Positions 41,222 to 58,869 of a stretch of DNA of 64,000 nucleotides are shown here, one piece after another. The position numbers and the translations under genes are program-made. The notes beneath the pieces were generated by a model that did not search any database, was not told where the DNA came from, and saw nothing but the letters and a program-made list of their open reading frames with translations. How positions within the stretch are numbered: the stretch's first letter is position 1; each line of letters begins with the position of its first letter. The stretch comes from Paraspadella gotoi (lineage: Eukaryota; Animalia; Chaetognatha), in the NCBI GenBank assembly GCA_051294375.1, contig CM119267.1, positions 15,168,105 through 15,232,104 of the forward strand, given 5' to 3'.

Positions 41222-42231
41222 AAGATTACAGTCTTATTTTTTTACTAAAACAAGTTTTTTTTTTTTTTTCTCTCTCTAGTTGTAGCTTTCGTGTTAAGGG
41301 ATTCATAGATAAAATTGTTCTCATAATAAATTTTTGGTGTGTAGCGGTAGTATTTTATAGCCCGTGACTGATCGCGGCATTGTCCTCCACAGGCTTAACA
41401 TTATTATTATTATTATTTTTTCATATTTTTTTCTAATACATCGTTTTTAAAAGTGTTGTACTCTACAGTTTAATTTTTTTGGCCGTTTAACTTTTCATTC
41501 TTTTACCTATTAATACATTAAAGCCTAATTATTATTGATTAAGAAAATAAAATTCATCTAAAAAATATTTCAATAGAGTAAAACTCTTAACAGGTAGTTG
41601 AGTAACAAGTAGTTGAACCAGTTTTACTTTTTGGTCATCCAGCTGTTTAAAGATACGTATAAAAAATCGAAAATAGGATTTAATCATGATAATCAGACAA
41701 CATAAACGTTTTTATCATATTTTGTAATATTTTTGAGTCGAATTTGTAAAAACACGTTTCGTATTTTTCATTTTCCTATTCACTGTTCGAGAGCAAGTCC
41801 CTGTTGTAGTAGAAAAGAGGCATAAACCAAAGAGCGCTTTTGAAAGATGTGATGCCTCATTGGTCAATTTTGTCTCCGGCCAGTTTTTTTGTGTTTTTTT
41901 TTTGTTCGTCCGTTCGTTCTTCCGCCTCGAGTTACAAGAGAGTTTTTTGTTATTTTAGTTTCGCGAGAGAACAATTGTTTCGCCAGGTAAAAACGCATGC
42001 CAAGTTCTTCAATGATGAATCTGACGAAACGTACTCAAACGAGTCAAACGAGTTTGAAGAAAATATAAATTTCTCATATCGCCCAACCAGAAATACACCC
42101 TATTATCGCAAAGCTTATTTTACAAAGAATCGGTCAGACAGAGACCTTGTACTAAAACTGGTTTAGGATCGGCCGAGTTTATTTTTTTTCTTCGTGAAGT
42201 TGATTCTCACAGAAAAATCGACGATGAGGCC

Positions 42232-42262
<31 letters not shown>

Positions 42263-42484
42263 GAGAGAAAGAGATAACTAGAAGTGACGGTTAAATAAAT
42301 CTCGATCTGATTTTATGCTTATTTTGTGAAGTTAGAACTAAACTAAGAAACTAAAAAACATATAATTTATTTTTAAAAGAGGCTTTCTCTAAACACATTA
42401 CCTAAATACTGTTAAGGGTATGTAAATTACCTTGTAATCTTTAACATTTTTAATTTCTTTTTTTTTTCTCCTTACAATCTATTT

Positions 42485-42525
<41 letters not shown>

Positions 42526-42614
42526 CTCTTTTTTTTTTTTTCTGAATTACATTGACAAAACCAAGCGCCATTCCTCAGGAAGAACTCGTGATTTTCTCTC
42601 TTGCAAAAGGGTCG

Positions 42615-42795
42615 AGTCGTCATCGTCGTCGTCGTCTTTTTCGTTCTCGCTTTTTCATTGACCCGTCGTTCATCTCTCGTCCTCGTTTTTCCCTTTTCTT
42701 GTTGTTGTTGTTGTCTTCGGCCTAGAAAATTTTCAGTGTCGCTGCGTCTCTTTCCTCGACTCTCCGGATGTGAATATTTGTCGTCATCGTCGTCT

Positions 42796-42832
<37 letters not shown>

Positions 42833-43282
42833 AGATGTTTTCTTCTCCTTCGTCGTCGTCGTTATCGTCATCATCATTCAACTGAATATATATCGTCTTC
42901 TCATTCATGGCCATCGTCAACCTTTTTTCTCCTTTTTCTCATCTTTTTCAATCTTCAGGTTTTCCTTTTTTTCTCAAAACTTTCATCGATATTTCTCCGT
43001 CACTTTTCTGACTTTTTTCATTGTCACGGAACTGGTTTTTGTTTGCATTATTTGTTATCTAGTTTTAGCTGTTTTCAGCTTCGTCGTTTTATCCTTTGTC
43101 ATCGTTTTGTTTTTCCTTCTCGCCCACATTTTTACTTTTTCGTATTCTTGGTCGTCCTCGTTGTTGCCATAATTTGTCATGGTCGACGTTTTCACCATTC
43201 TTTCCCGTCATTGCCATATCGCCGTCGTCCTTCGCCGCCATCTTCGTTTTCGTTGCTATCGCTGTCATCGTCTTCGTCGTCT

Positions 43283-43314
<32 letters not shown>

Positions 43315-43325
43315 CCCGTCGATAT
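42615..43325. repeat. (GTC)n/(ATC)n-rich low-complexity region; similar regions at 45220-45480, 46440-46570 and 52360-52930
   Basis: Perfect and degenerate CpG-containing trinucleotide runs. Confidence 0.85.
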
Positions 43326-44454
43326 CGGAGTCATAAAATCTTCGCGACGTCGAGAAAACCATAAAAATCTCGCATTTTGTCTTCCTTCCGGAAAAAAAAA
43401 AACTCGGCGACGATGAATAATAAAGAGCGCAGCTGTAATCATAACAATAACAATAATAATAAACTGTGTCTCAGTCGACTTTACAAACTCGCCGAGTTGA
43501 CTCTCGGTCGAACGAGCGATTTGTTTTGCCAAGATACTATATATATTCAATTCGTTCAGGGGTCTAGTCATTTTTGCCTGCGAAGATATTGTCAGCTGTT
43601 TTTATTAGTTAACTAAGGATTACGTATAATATGACCTTAATTCGTTGCAGTATACATAAGTCTATCCATTCATCCGTTCCAGGCATCCATCCATCGGTCT
43701 ATCCGTCCATTTCCTCCCTATATCCCTTGCACCGATCCATTAACGAGGGTCGTCGTACCGCAGAGCCCATAATTCTTTTTTCTTTCTCTTCTCCAAACAC
43801 GAAATGAATATTCCGAAAAAGATTCCACCACAAGAAAGAAAAAAGTCCCTTTTCTTTTCTCAGTCATCATCTTTTTTTTTCTCCCGCTATTTTTTCTCTC
43901 TCTCTCTCTCTCTCTTTTGTCTCGCGTCTGAAAAAGAAATTTATCCCCGATTATTATTTTTTGAGATTTTCATTTTATTTTCGCATGAACGATTCAAATG
44001 AGTCAGGGGGCAAAGGGAGCATGATGATGTTGTACGATGCCAAATTTTAAGCTTTGTGTTTACGATAAAAGTAATGGTTCGAGAACATTTTTCATGACAC
44101 AAACTTTTTCTTTATCTCCAAATGATATCCGTTATCTTTTCTTCTTAGTTTTAGAGTTTTAGCTATTTGAATTTGAATAAAGTATCTACAACGATACGAC
44201 GATACAGTAGCAGTCAGTAAAATTCTACGCGAAAATATGTAGGTATCAAATTTCCAATCATATCTCCATTTTGACAGAAAATAAAATATTCTTAATTCAC
44301 TTAACGAACAAAGGCCCACGGACGAAAGGACTATGTTCTTGCGAATGAGAACCGTTAAGTAAGCTTTTCGCCTCGCTTTACCTCCGTAAATCATCAGCCC
44401 TCCCTCGTCCCCTCTGCATATCAAATCGCTTGACGATTGTGCGAGAAGAGAGAG

Positions 44455-44528
<74 letters not shown>

Positions 44529-45010
44529 AGAGAGAGAGAGAGACGTCGTCGTTGTCGTCGACGCCGCATATTCACGGTCGCGATGATTCTCTTATGCAAA
44601 TTAATCGGCAGCGGCGGTGGCGGCGGCGGCGGCATCAATGGCGTCGGTTGTTAGCGGTGGCATCGTTTGTGGAATTACCAGAGGCGTCTGAGGAGTGGTT
44701 CTAATTTCAATGTCGCGATACTGGCAAAATAATCGTAAGATTCGGTGAGATTAGTGGCGACATTGATGGCATCGGAGGTGGCAAGCTGTGGCGACGGAAG
44801 TGGCACAGTGCGGAAGTATGAGTGAAGACGACGACTGTGCGGTTCTCCGGGCCAAAGAAGTATCTCTCTCTTATCTCTCCTCCCTCCCTTTCTCTCCTGA
44901 TTTTCCCTTCCTCTCTCTCCCTCTCTCTCTCTCTCTCTGGTTGGCGTCCCCGGGCCCCAGGCGTACGGCTTAGGACCCCCAATAGCGGTCGGGGAAGGTT
45001 GAGTTGGGGA

Positions 45011-45124
<114 letters not shown>

Positions 45125-45396
45125 GGGGAGATTCAGCGAGTGAGTCGAGTCGGCGAGTCGGACGCCGACGCCCACATTTACATGTCCAGGTCGTGAGACG
45201 ACCGCGTTCCCCTGGCCGCCGGCGACGACGACGACGACGACGATATCGACGATAAAACGATGACGAAGACGATGACATCCGGGAATGACATGGAGGATGA
45301 CGACGCCGACAATGACGCTTCACATAATGATGATACAATTATTTGGAGAAATCGATACAGGACACAATTAAAAACGACAACAGCAACAACAAATGC

Positions 45397-45427
<31 letters not shown>

Positions 45428-47579
45428 CCGACTCGGATAACGGGGCGGCGACTACAACGGCGACTCGTGGCGGTCGTAATGNNNNNNNNNNNNNNNNNNN
45501 NNNNNNNNNNNNNNNNNNNNNNNNNNNNNNNNNNNNNNNNNNNNNNNNNNNNNNNNNNNNNNNNNNNNNNNNNNNNNNNNNNNNNNNNNNNNNNNNNNNN
45601 NNNNNNNNNNNNNNNNNNNNNNNNNNNNNNNNNNNNNNNNNNNNNNNNNNNNNNNNNNNNNNNNNNNNNNNNNNNNNNNNNNNNNNNNNNNNNNNNNNNN
45701 NNNNNNNNNNNNNNNNNNNNNNNNNNNNNNNNNNNNNNNNNNNNNNNNNNNNNNNNNNNNNNNNNNNNNNNNNNNNNNNNNNNNNNNNNNNNNNNNNNNN
45801 NNNNNNNNNNNNNNNNNNNNNNNNNNNNNNNNNNNNNNNNNNNNNNNNNNNNNNNNNNNNNNNNNNNNNNNNNNNNNNNNNNNNNNNNNNNNNNNNNNNN
45901 NNNNNNNNNNNNNNNNNNNNNNNNNNNNNNNNNNNNNNNNNNNNNNNNNNNNNNNNNNNNNNNNNNNNNNNNNNNNNNNNNNNNNNNNNNNNNNNNNNNN
46001 NNNNNNNNNNNNNNNNNNNNNNNNNNNNNNNNNNNNNNNNNNNNNNNNNNNNNNNNNNNNNNNNNNNNNNNNNNNNNNNNNNNNNNNNNNNNNNNNNNNN
46101 NNNNNNNNNNNNNNNNNNNNNNNNNNNNNNNNNNNNNNNNNNNNNNNNNNNNNNNNNNNNNNNNNNNNNNNNNNNNNNNNNNNNNNNNNNNNNNNNNNNN
46201 NNNNNNNNNNNNNNNNNNNNNNNNNNNNNNNNNNNNNNNNNNNNNNNNNNNNNNNNNNNNNNNNNNNNNNNNNNNNNNNNNNNNNCAGGGGAAGGGGTAA
46301 GCGGGAACTGGGAATCATAACGAGTCATTAAATGAGGGAAGCGAAGGAAGAGGAATGACAGAGGAAACGGTGATAATCGAGCGATCGGCCGCGCCAACGA
46401 CTCAATGAAAGGTAGGGGAAGATAACGACCTGGACGCTTCACGACGACGGCGAAGGCGACGATGATGACGACGACGGCGATGAAGGCGACGATGAGGACG
46501 ACGGATACGACAACGAATATGACGACGACGTATATCGGCGATGATGATGGCGACGTCGACGGCGACGAGGTTGACGACAGATAATGGCGCTGTCAAAAAG
46601 TACACAAAGTATGTAGTTATAAACTTTAATACAGTCCATAAAGAAGTTAGACATCGGACAAAAGGTACCATACGTATGACTCCGCTGCATAACATGTCGA
46701 CAACATGGATTTTCATCCTTCAGAAATAGGAATATGTTTTCTAGGTCAATTTTGGTTGTACAATGTACACTTTGTTCAGTTTATAAAATCTAACTAACTG
46801 TGAGAGGAGGTCTCCATTCCACAAACGCTAATGTCGGATGCTAAAAGCCGAGGTTAGATTATCGAGCGGTCGACGCGGAAAGCTCTGGACATTGAAAGGC
46901 CTCTATTGACCGTTTTTGACCCACGACTGTTCGACTCTCACTTCAGCTGGTGACGGTGGGCGGAGACGCGTGACCTCTCGAGTTGAGGGTGGGCGTGCCG
47001 CGGCCATTTCGTTGGGTGAGGCTCACGGAGGCCAAAATCGTAATGTCACAAAACCGACTTCCTGCCGAATTGTTTGACCCGAATTGAGTTAAATTATGAG
47101 ATATTCTAAACGATATAAATCATGGTATTAAAACGTAGACGTAAAATGTAAAATATCTTTTATTTAATCCGTATTTCAAGTAATAACTACAACAATTATA
47201 TGACAAAAACAATATATAATAACCACAAAGCATAATTATCGCAACAGAACAAGAAAACAACAACAAATCAAAGAACCCACAACAACAACACTCAGTATAA
47301 ACAACAAGAAATCCCCAATCACCTGCAACGCCTGAGACTCGCCGAACGAGGCCGGTCAGCGTCGCTCCATCTCCAAGGAGACAACGCCATCGCTACAGAG
47401 GAAAACGTCCATCCTGACGCAATGGGCGCCGCAGCGGGTGACGCCGGACGACGATATGTGTGACGGTCTCGGGTGATTCCCTCTGACATCGAGCCACGCC
47501 CTCGGGCGGAGTCACGCCTCCGTGGGGCGGGGGCGCCCTATTCACGAGGGAGCCCGGCCCGCCATGATGATGTGGACGC

Positions 47580-47654
<75 letters not shown>

Positions 47655-49318
47655 AAAGACGGGGACAAAATCGGAAACGGTCACGCTCGTGTTTTTTTCT
47701 CTCTTCTCCCTTCCGGTCTTATTCGGTAATTCTGTTTCCTTCGTTTTTTTATTTCTTTTATTAGTTTTCTTCTGCTCTATATTTGGGGCAAAGATTTTTT
47801 TTTCTTATGCGGTTTTACTTAGTTTGTTTATTTTTTATAAAAGACCCAAGACTGGCTCGAGTTTCAGTGTTGATTTTTTCTTTTCTCTTTTTAATTTTAT
47901 TAGTTGGTTTCTTTTCTTTTCTTTTTCTTCGTTAGTTTGGTTTAATTATATATCACTATCCTTTTAATCATCCACGTTTTTATACTCGTATTTCACGTCA
48001 TTTTATTATTATTTTTTTAAATTGTTTTTCCGTCGTTTATTTTCTCTCGTTTTTCCTCTATTTTTCCTCGTCGTTTCCAACGATCATAAAGAATCCTGGC
48101 GTCTTCCCCACTCATCACCCATGACAACCGGAAAGAACCATTTTTCAACGACTTGGATCCCGGCAGCTTTTTTTTTTTTTTGTCAACCTCCGCGGGCGCA
48201 CCGGCTCATGCGCTCCTCTCCCTCTAATTGCAAAATGCTATGCGTCTGCCCGACGCGCCCCGCCCTCTTTTTCCGTAACGACTCCAGCGCCATCATCATT
48301 CTGCTCTACTAAACCCCACAGTCTCGATCCAGCCCCGGTCTCCGGCTGTTGTCGTCGTCCCGCGCTGGGTCGCCGTCTGGAAACAGACCGGTGGACCCTC
48401 CCTCCCTGCTGCTCCTCCTCCTCCTACGACCAGGCGAGTCTCATTTTCTTGAATCCTGACCCAAAATCGTCCCGCGTTAATCGATTTGGAATCGCTGGTC
48501 TCGAGGTGCCTTACCCGAATTCAAAAGTAAGTTTAATCCGCGAATTGATGACGAGGAGGATGTTTTACAATGACCCCCATCCATTTTTTTTGATATTGCT
48601 CGTATGTATCACCCTATTCCCATTCACAATCACACCCCCCCATTCTCCTTTTCTTCTCCAACTTTACTTCTCCCTTTTAATCCCATTCTTTAAGTTTTTT
48701 TTTTAATTTTTTTTCCCCCGCGGTTTTCCATCTTAAAAAATGGTTCTCATTCACCAACGTCGTTAATTCTCGACGCCGCTTAATTTCAAAGTTGATTTTC
48801 CTCATTGCGCATACGACGTAAAAATGCGATCGAAAAAGTTCGTAATCGGTTTTTATATAAATTCAAATTATTCGAGAAAAAAATCAGCATTTTCTATCAT
48901 TTCTATTTTCCGGAAGTTACTTTAAAAAAAAAGAAGATATTATCGAATAGAAGAAAACGCAAGGAGATTCTGCAAATGGCAATCTGCCATTCGGCCATTG
49001 ATAAATTATATCTCACGTCAAGAAGCGATGCATCACTATTGTTTCTCAGCCGATGAGCGATGAAAATCTTCCAGTTTCTGCGGAGGAGTTACAATCGTCT
49101 CTTGTTTTTGCTAATGGCGCGGAATTGGCTCGGAATTGGCTCACTCAACCGAGATGGAATCGCCGCTCCGAGTGGAAAGAAAATGAATCCGCCATCTTTG
49201 GTCGCTGAAAAGAGTTTTTTTTTTTTTTTTGCCTCGAATTCTGCATGAATACCTAGAAAATAATAAACTCGGGCGGATCGTTATTCAAATTTTGTCATCG
49301 CTTTTTTTAAATAAGGGG

Positions 49319-49350
<32 letters not shown>

Positions 49351-50740
49351 AGAGAGGAGAGAGAGAGAGAGAGGAGAGAAGAGAGAGAGGAGAGAGAGAG
49401 TCATTCAAGAATTTTCTTTTTTTTCTCAAAAAAACCTTCTTTTTTTTTTGACATTGTTCGAACGCATTGAGCTCAGACGGACGAAGGGACTCATGATGGG
49501 GGAGGAACTTAACGCACAACCACGCCCATTATGTTGATAAATTCCTCTCTCTCTTTCTTTCTCTTCTCTCTCTCTTTCCCTCCTTTCCTGACTGCTCGTG
49601 CTCTCTCTCGTCTCCTCTCTTCTCTGCTGTTTCTGCTGCTCTCCGTCTCTCTCTCTCTCTCTCNNNNNNNNNNNNNNNNNNNNNNNNNNNNNNNNNNNNN
49701 NNNNNNNNTCGCATGATAGCGCAGCGGCGCCACGTCGTGACATCTCGCTCCGTCACTCCATCACAATCCTCAATGGCTGAAACCACATCCAAACAACTTT
49801 TGAACCATCGCCGAAAACCCGAAGCGGGAGACTTTTCATTTCACTCTCATTTTAATTCCATTTTTATGCCCCGGAATTAGCTTATCCTACATACGTATAT
49901 ACTTCATGGTTGCCTTTCGTTTCATTGTGTTAGAGATTAGATAAAAGTTTTTGTTCAATTTTGTTTTATTACAACAATTTTAGAATTAAACCGTTATCGT
50001 TATCGTTATCGTTGCTGTTGTAAAATAAAATTTAATTTAATTTAATTTTTTAAAAACTTATCCCAATTACGGGAGACGTCGAGAGATCCATCAAATTTCA
50101 TCCCCTTCCACACCACCGCATCCTCAGCGACAGATGGGGGCCTTCTAGACCCCGATCCCTGACAACGCTCACCTCCATGTTACCCGTATGTTGATGTCCG
50201 GGATGAATTTACGAAGTCGATGCTAGAAGGAGGTTTTTCTTTTTTCTTTTTTCTTTTTTTTCTTTTTTTGCCGATGGATCGGAAATCGTCAGAGGAAAAA
50301 GTAGGAAGACTCCCGGAACCGAGATCGCGTAGAGACCGAGCAAGGAAAGATAAGGAGATGACTTTTAAAGCTTCTACCATTTTCATTAACGTGTCGATAA
50401 AATAACATTTTATTAATTGTACACGATGTTAAACTCATTGATTCGCCCACCTAACATATTTCCGTATTTCGCGTTCTTATCCAAAAAAAATAAAAGTTTT
50501 TCTCCAATTTATATTGCATGTGTGTTTTCTCTGTGACTGGGTATAATGAAGTTAATAACTATGTACTGAATGATAAAACATCTATAACTCCAGTCCCACT
50601 CATTGCTAAAAGGAAGAAAGAAAGACCGAGAATGAAGAAAAGACGTTATTACCGATTGAACTCACCAGTTCGACTCTGTGGTTGAAAGACAAGACGGACG
50701 CTTTATTTTCTTCTTGGAGTCGAATCCTAAAACACGAAAA

Positions 50741-50811
<71 letters not shown>

Positions 50812-52363
50812 AGAGAGAGGACGTGAGACAGATAGAGCAGCGTGAAAAGAGTGGAAGAATAATTGAAGGAAATGAAAAGAAGGTAGAAAAAAGGAAAAAA
50901 AAAAAAACTCCAAAAAAGATGAAAGAAAAAGGAAAAAATGGAAAAATTTTTTTTCTTCCTTCGGCCTCCCTTTTTTTCTCCGAGTTGTCCTCGATTTACG
51001 ATTCCAGAAGACATAACCGCAAACATAAACACGAACACGAGCTCGCGCAACCGTAGTGGTCTGAAACGCAAACCGTAGATTAGTGTGGATCTTTGACAAC
51101 CGTAGTGGTCTGACAAGACAATTATACTAATAAGTGGTTTGTTGTGTTTCTTGCTGCAAGATCTTTATAATTCAACAAAAACTCAAAGGTGTCCCAGTAA
51201 ATATGGTGGTCAATAGGCTCGTCTTCTCCCTAAAGTATCTTTGGCCAAAGCCTCAAGTTTAAATGGTAAACGCTGTCTTTATGCAACGCTCTTACCATCG
51301 TCGCCATTTGCAATCTTGCATTCTGAAATCGGACGAAAACCGCAGTACATAGTTGACTTACCGATTCATACCTCTGACCAGAAGCCATCCGTGTCCCAAT
51401 CGTCCACGACCACAACCTCAACTTCCACCACCATTTCCACCACTCTCTCCGCCGCCACCGCCGCCACCACCGCCAGCGTCATAGGTTCTCACGCCAGGCT
51501 ACATTTCATCCGCGAAAAACTCCGATGCTTTTCCTCTCGTTTTCCTTCTCGCCGGAGGTTGTCGGCACAACCGTTGGAGCGATAAATTCCCAGTCGCGTC
51601 CTCGCCGATGAATAATAAATATTATTAATATTCCTTCTGCATAATTCACTTCGAGATGTATATTCGGTTTTTTTTTTCTCTCTTTTCAGAAAAAAAGAAC
51701 GATTACTTCTTTTTGCTGGAACCAAGATCATTACGGTACATCAGCATTTTTTTATGTAGGTAAAAAAAGATCGGACATATAATCGGGCTAAAAGTTGGCG
51801 CCAGCGGAAACATCAGAAATGGTAATTTTTATTTTTTCACAACGACATCCCTAATACGACGACCCTAAACCAGTTTTGATAGTCATCGTTAAAACACTAG
51901 TTATACAAAAACAGATTTAATTTAGTTTCACTTCCAGAATTCCAGATATTCGAATTCGGCATCAATTGCTTGCTACGTAGATCCCCGGCGCAAAAATTTG
52001 ACAATCACGCCGCGTTCCTTTGCTTGCTAAGGGTAAAGGACTCTTCGAAAGCTTGCCTGGAGACGAATTCTTTAAATAGAAACCCAGGCATCGGATTTGG
52101 AAAAACCCGAAGGAGCAATAAGGGACTGTCGTCGTCGTCGTCGTCGTCGTTTTCGTCTTCAGTCTTATACATGGCGCGTACTGCGTAGTTTTTAAGCGCT
52201 GTCCTTGTCGTCATTCTTTTTCTTCTTCTGCTTCGTCGTCGTCATGGAGATTCGTTTAACAAACAAATGGAGTCAGAGGTTCTTCCCTCTGGCGGTCGAG
52301 AGAAGCAAATGAGTCGGCGAGACTTTTTTTTTCTCTCGCATTTTCGTCGAGGGATCTATCTCG

Positions 52364-52402
<39 letters not shown>

Positions 52403-52844
52403 CTCATTGTCTTCGTCGATGTCGTCGTCGCTCTGGTCGACATAGTTGTTGTTGTTGTTGCGGTGGTTTTTGTCGTCGTCGTTATTGTTGTTTTCGTCAT
52501 ATCTGTAATCTTCATGTCTGTCGTATTTTTCGTTGTCGTCGTGTGATCCGAGGTCATAATCTCGGTCTTCGTCGTCGTAATCATCGTCGTCGTCGTCGTC
52601 ATCGTCATCGTCGTCTCCAGTTCATAAACTCGTCTCATTTTCAGACAATGGACGGAGAGACGGATGGACGGACGGACGGATGGACGGACGGAATGTCATT
52701 AAGTCTCTTCATTAACGAAGTCGAAACAAGCGATTCTCTCTCTCTCTCTCTCGATCTTTAGTTTTTCTTTTCTTTTTTTGTTTCTTCTTCTCATCATCGT
52801 CGGAAACATTGAACTCCTTATTGAGGTTGCGTCCGGGGTGGCCT

Positions 52845-52877
<33 letters not shown>

Positions 52878-53035
52878 TTTTTGCCGTGGCCTCGTTGCCG
52901 ACAATGTCGTCGTTGTTGTTCTCGTCTTCGTCGTTGCAAACTGCAAAATTACTGCGACGATCCCAGGAAGAAAAAGTGAGAGAACCTGAGCAAAACTTCG
53001 GGAAAGAGAGAGAGAGAAGAGAGAGAGGAGAGAAG

Positions 53036-53099
<64 letters not shown>

Positions 53100-53505
53100 A
53101 GCAGGTCAAGGCACGAGACAACACTCACAAAAAAAAAATCGCGACGCCGTCGACTATTGGGGATCGAGAGGAAAAGCGAAATTAAGAGCAAAAGTTAAAA
53201 ATAAGAGCTAAACCTGAAACAGAAAAAAAAAAAGCATAAAGCAAAGAAAGCACCAAAAGCAAAAAAAACGTAAAAGCATAAGTAGCCAAGGCCGAGGCCT
53301 ACAATTCGTAAGTACGGTGGACAAAAACGTTTGATATGTCCGTCCGTCCGTTTCTTCGATACGTCCGTCCTTCCCTAATTATCTTTTTTCCGCATCTTTA
53401 TTTTCTCACCAACGCTGAACTAAAACGATTAATCTCACAACAGGGTCACATTTCTTAACCAAATCTTCTCCTCAAAATGAAGAAACTGTAGCGAATCCTA
53501 AATTC

Positions 53506-53880
53506 GCCTCCCGTATAGCTTGGTGAAAGTCAGCTCGTCCCATTGGCTAGGATAGCTAAGTACTCGTTCCGGGTTCAATCCCCTCACGGTAAAGCTGGTT
53601 ATAGTGTGATGGCATAAACACGCCAGTGACATGGGGTGGTCACTACAGGTTCAAAGCCCTGAGAGCCAGCTGTCGGGAGATGCCTCACACCCCGGGTATC
53701 ACACATGTCCCTCCGTTGCCATAAAACTTCCTTTATGTTTAAGTGGAAACAGGATCTGTTGACTTGATGATCCTGTTGACGGATCTTCAAATGAGTTGTG
53801 GTTGCAATATACGTGAATATTTTCGGCAGCGTTTGGTTTATATCCGGATCACTCTGAAGTTTACTTCGTTTACGTTTTGA
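53506..53880 (+). mobile_element. tRNA-derived SINE-like element
   Basis: Candidate A boxes TAGCTTGGTG (about 53516) or TGGCTAGGATAG (about 53545) and B box GGTTCAATCCC (53572-53582). The body is GC-richer with hairpins (AGTGAC...GTCACT; CAGGATC...GATCCTG) and ends in a gtttac-like tail. There is no full cloverleaf. Confidence 0.5.
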
Positions 53881-54124
53881 TTTATTCAAGGAAATTAAAC
53901 GTAGCTAAAAACGTATAAATTTAATGAGGTTTCTTTGAAAATACTTTTTTAATTGAACTAAAACTAAATTAAAACGAAAGAATTGGGATCGAACCCGCGA
54001 ACTTTGCTCTTCTCCTTGTAAAAACAAAGGTGGGTGGGAAAAAAGAAAAGATTCACCGGAAGAAAGATCGGACGTTTTGTCGAGGGATTCCTATGTTTTT
54101 CACTTTCCTTTTATCCATCGGGAC

Positions 54125-54538
54125 TTCCTCCTTCGCCTGTATTCTTCTTTTTTTTTCCTCCTTCGCCTGTATTCTTCTTTTTCTTTCCTCCGTCGCCTGA
54201 ATTCTGGTTTTCTTTCCTCCATCGCCTGTAATCTTCTTTTTCTTTTCTCCATCGCCTGTATTCTTCTTTTTCTTTCCTCCGTCGCCTGAATTCTGGTTTT
54301 CTTTCCTCCTTCGTCTGGATTCTTCTATTTCTTTCCTCCATCGCCTGTATTCTTATTTTTCTTTCCTCCATCGCCTGTATTCTTCTTTTCTTTCCTCCAT
54401 CGCCTGTATTCTTCTTTTTCTTTCCTCCATCGCCTGTATTCTTCTATTTCTTTCCTCCATCGCCTGTATTCTTTTTTTCTTTCCTCCGTCGCCTTTATTC
54501 TTCTTTCTTCTTTATTCTTCTTTCCTCCATCGCCTGCC
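54125..54538. repeat. 29-30-bp pyrimidine-rich minisatellite, about 14 copies (TCTTTCCTCCATCGCCTGTATTCTTCTTTT)
   Basis: Period visible at 54211, 54241, 54271 and 54300; no spacers. Confidence 0.92.
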
Positions 54539-54909
54539 CTTTTTTCCTATTTGCCTAGTTTTTCTTTCTCTTCTCTTTCCTCTTTTTATTTATAATCGTA
54601 GTCAGGTTATTTAGAACCTTACTTTCTGATTTCAACGGTCATAATATAATTTCAGGAATTTAGGTCCACAACCCGCGTTGCCTCACCACGGCAGCACTCA
54701 TAGTTTAGGGCCCGCCGCGACGGCACACCGGGGCCCGGCGAACCGGCGCGGGGCCCGCCTTCGACGCGTCGGCGGCTCATCGCATCAGGATGTGCCGGCG
54801 TTGGCGGGCCTTTGCCCCAGTATTGACGTCCCTCAAGATTTATCGTCTCGAAGCACCGCCGCTTCTCTCTTCCATGATCGTTAAGAATAAACCTCCCTTT
54901 TTTCTCCTC

Positions 54910-54997
<88 letters not shown>

Positions 54998-55312
54998 TCA
55001 TTTCCTCCGTATTTTTCTTGTCCTAAGTTCTTACGCTTTATCTTTTTTCGAACGTTCTCTCCCTCCTTTCTGTCTTTTTCTTACTATCTTTTTTTTTTCC
55101 CTTTATTTCTTAATGTTTTCCTTCTTCGTTCTTGGCACCGTTTTATATATTGCTATAAATAGGGACAACCAATATCAAAACTATCCGTTCCTTTAATAAA
55201 CAATCGAGCTCGATTGTAATTGTTATCGTACTTTCGTTTAATCTTGGTTTTACTTTTATTCTCAAACGTTATCAGCATAAGAAAAAACAATAGGCAAAAC
55301 CGATATAGCCAT

Positions 55313-58280
<2,968 letters not shown>

Positions 58281-58788
58281 TTTTTTAAAAAACCAAACGG
58301 GGTTTACTCTTTGACGACGTCGTTCCCCGATTCCGATTTTTCTTTGAACTTATGATCTATCCCATTTCACGTCCAGAGAAGTTTCTAGAAATATCATGAC
58401 GGAATATTTGAAAATCCAATTTTCATCGGAGACGGGTTCAACTTTTTTTTTTCTTCTGCTCGTTCGTTGCTCGTCTGCAATGAGATATTACGCGCGTTTA
58501 CCATCCGGGACGTACGATCCTGAAAATTCGAAAAGCTTCGAGAACTTTCTCGAATTCTCTCGAAGGGAGAAAACGCATTCGAATTCGGTCACGAGCGCGC
58601 AAATTGGAATCGGTAATTATCACTCTTAGCGCCAAATGTGTTAATTATAAGTCAATATCCAGCTAAGTTGGATTTTTGGTTGGTACTATGATGACTGATA
58701 GTTTTACTGAGATAATTACATTGTCAATGCTGTGGAATTAGAGAATTTGATGTGCTGTTGGTTCGAAGAGAGTCGTAGACCGAGAGAG

Positions 58789-58869
<81 letters not shown>

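Noticed and set aside
45260-46442. Long ORFs at 45260-46442, 15701-16527 and 13942-14386
   Set aside because: They are open only because they span N gaps.
46800-47075. RNase P/MRP RNA (GGAAAGCTC...ACAAAACCGACTT)
   Set aside because: The two segments do not form the P4 helix and the other conserved regions were not found; it may be an exon or UTR of an unresolved gene.
51375-51415. RCC1-like GRLGHG motif (minus strand)
   Set aside because: An in-frame stop lies just upstream and there are no further RCC1 repeats.
53506-53590. Functional tRNA gene
   Set aside because: A/B-box-like motifs are present, but there is no acceptor or anticodon stem.
54125-54538. 30-bp repeat array as a CRISPR array
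   Set aside because: Units are contiguous with no unique spacers, there are no cas genes, and the context is eukaryotic.
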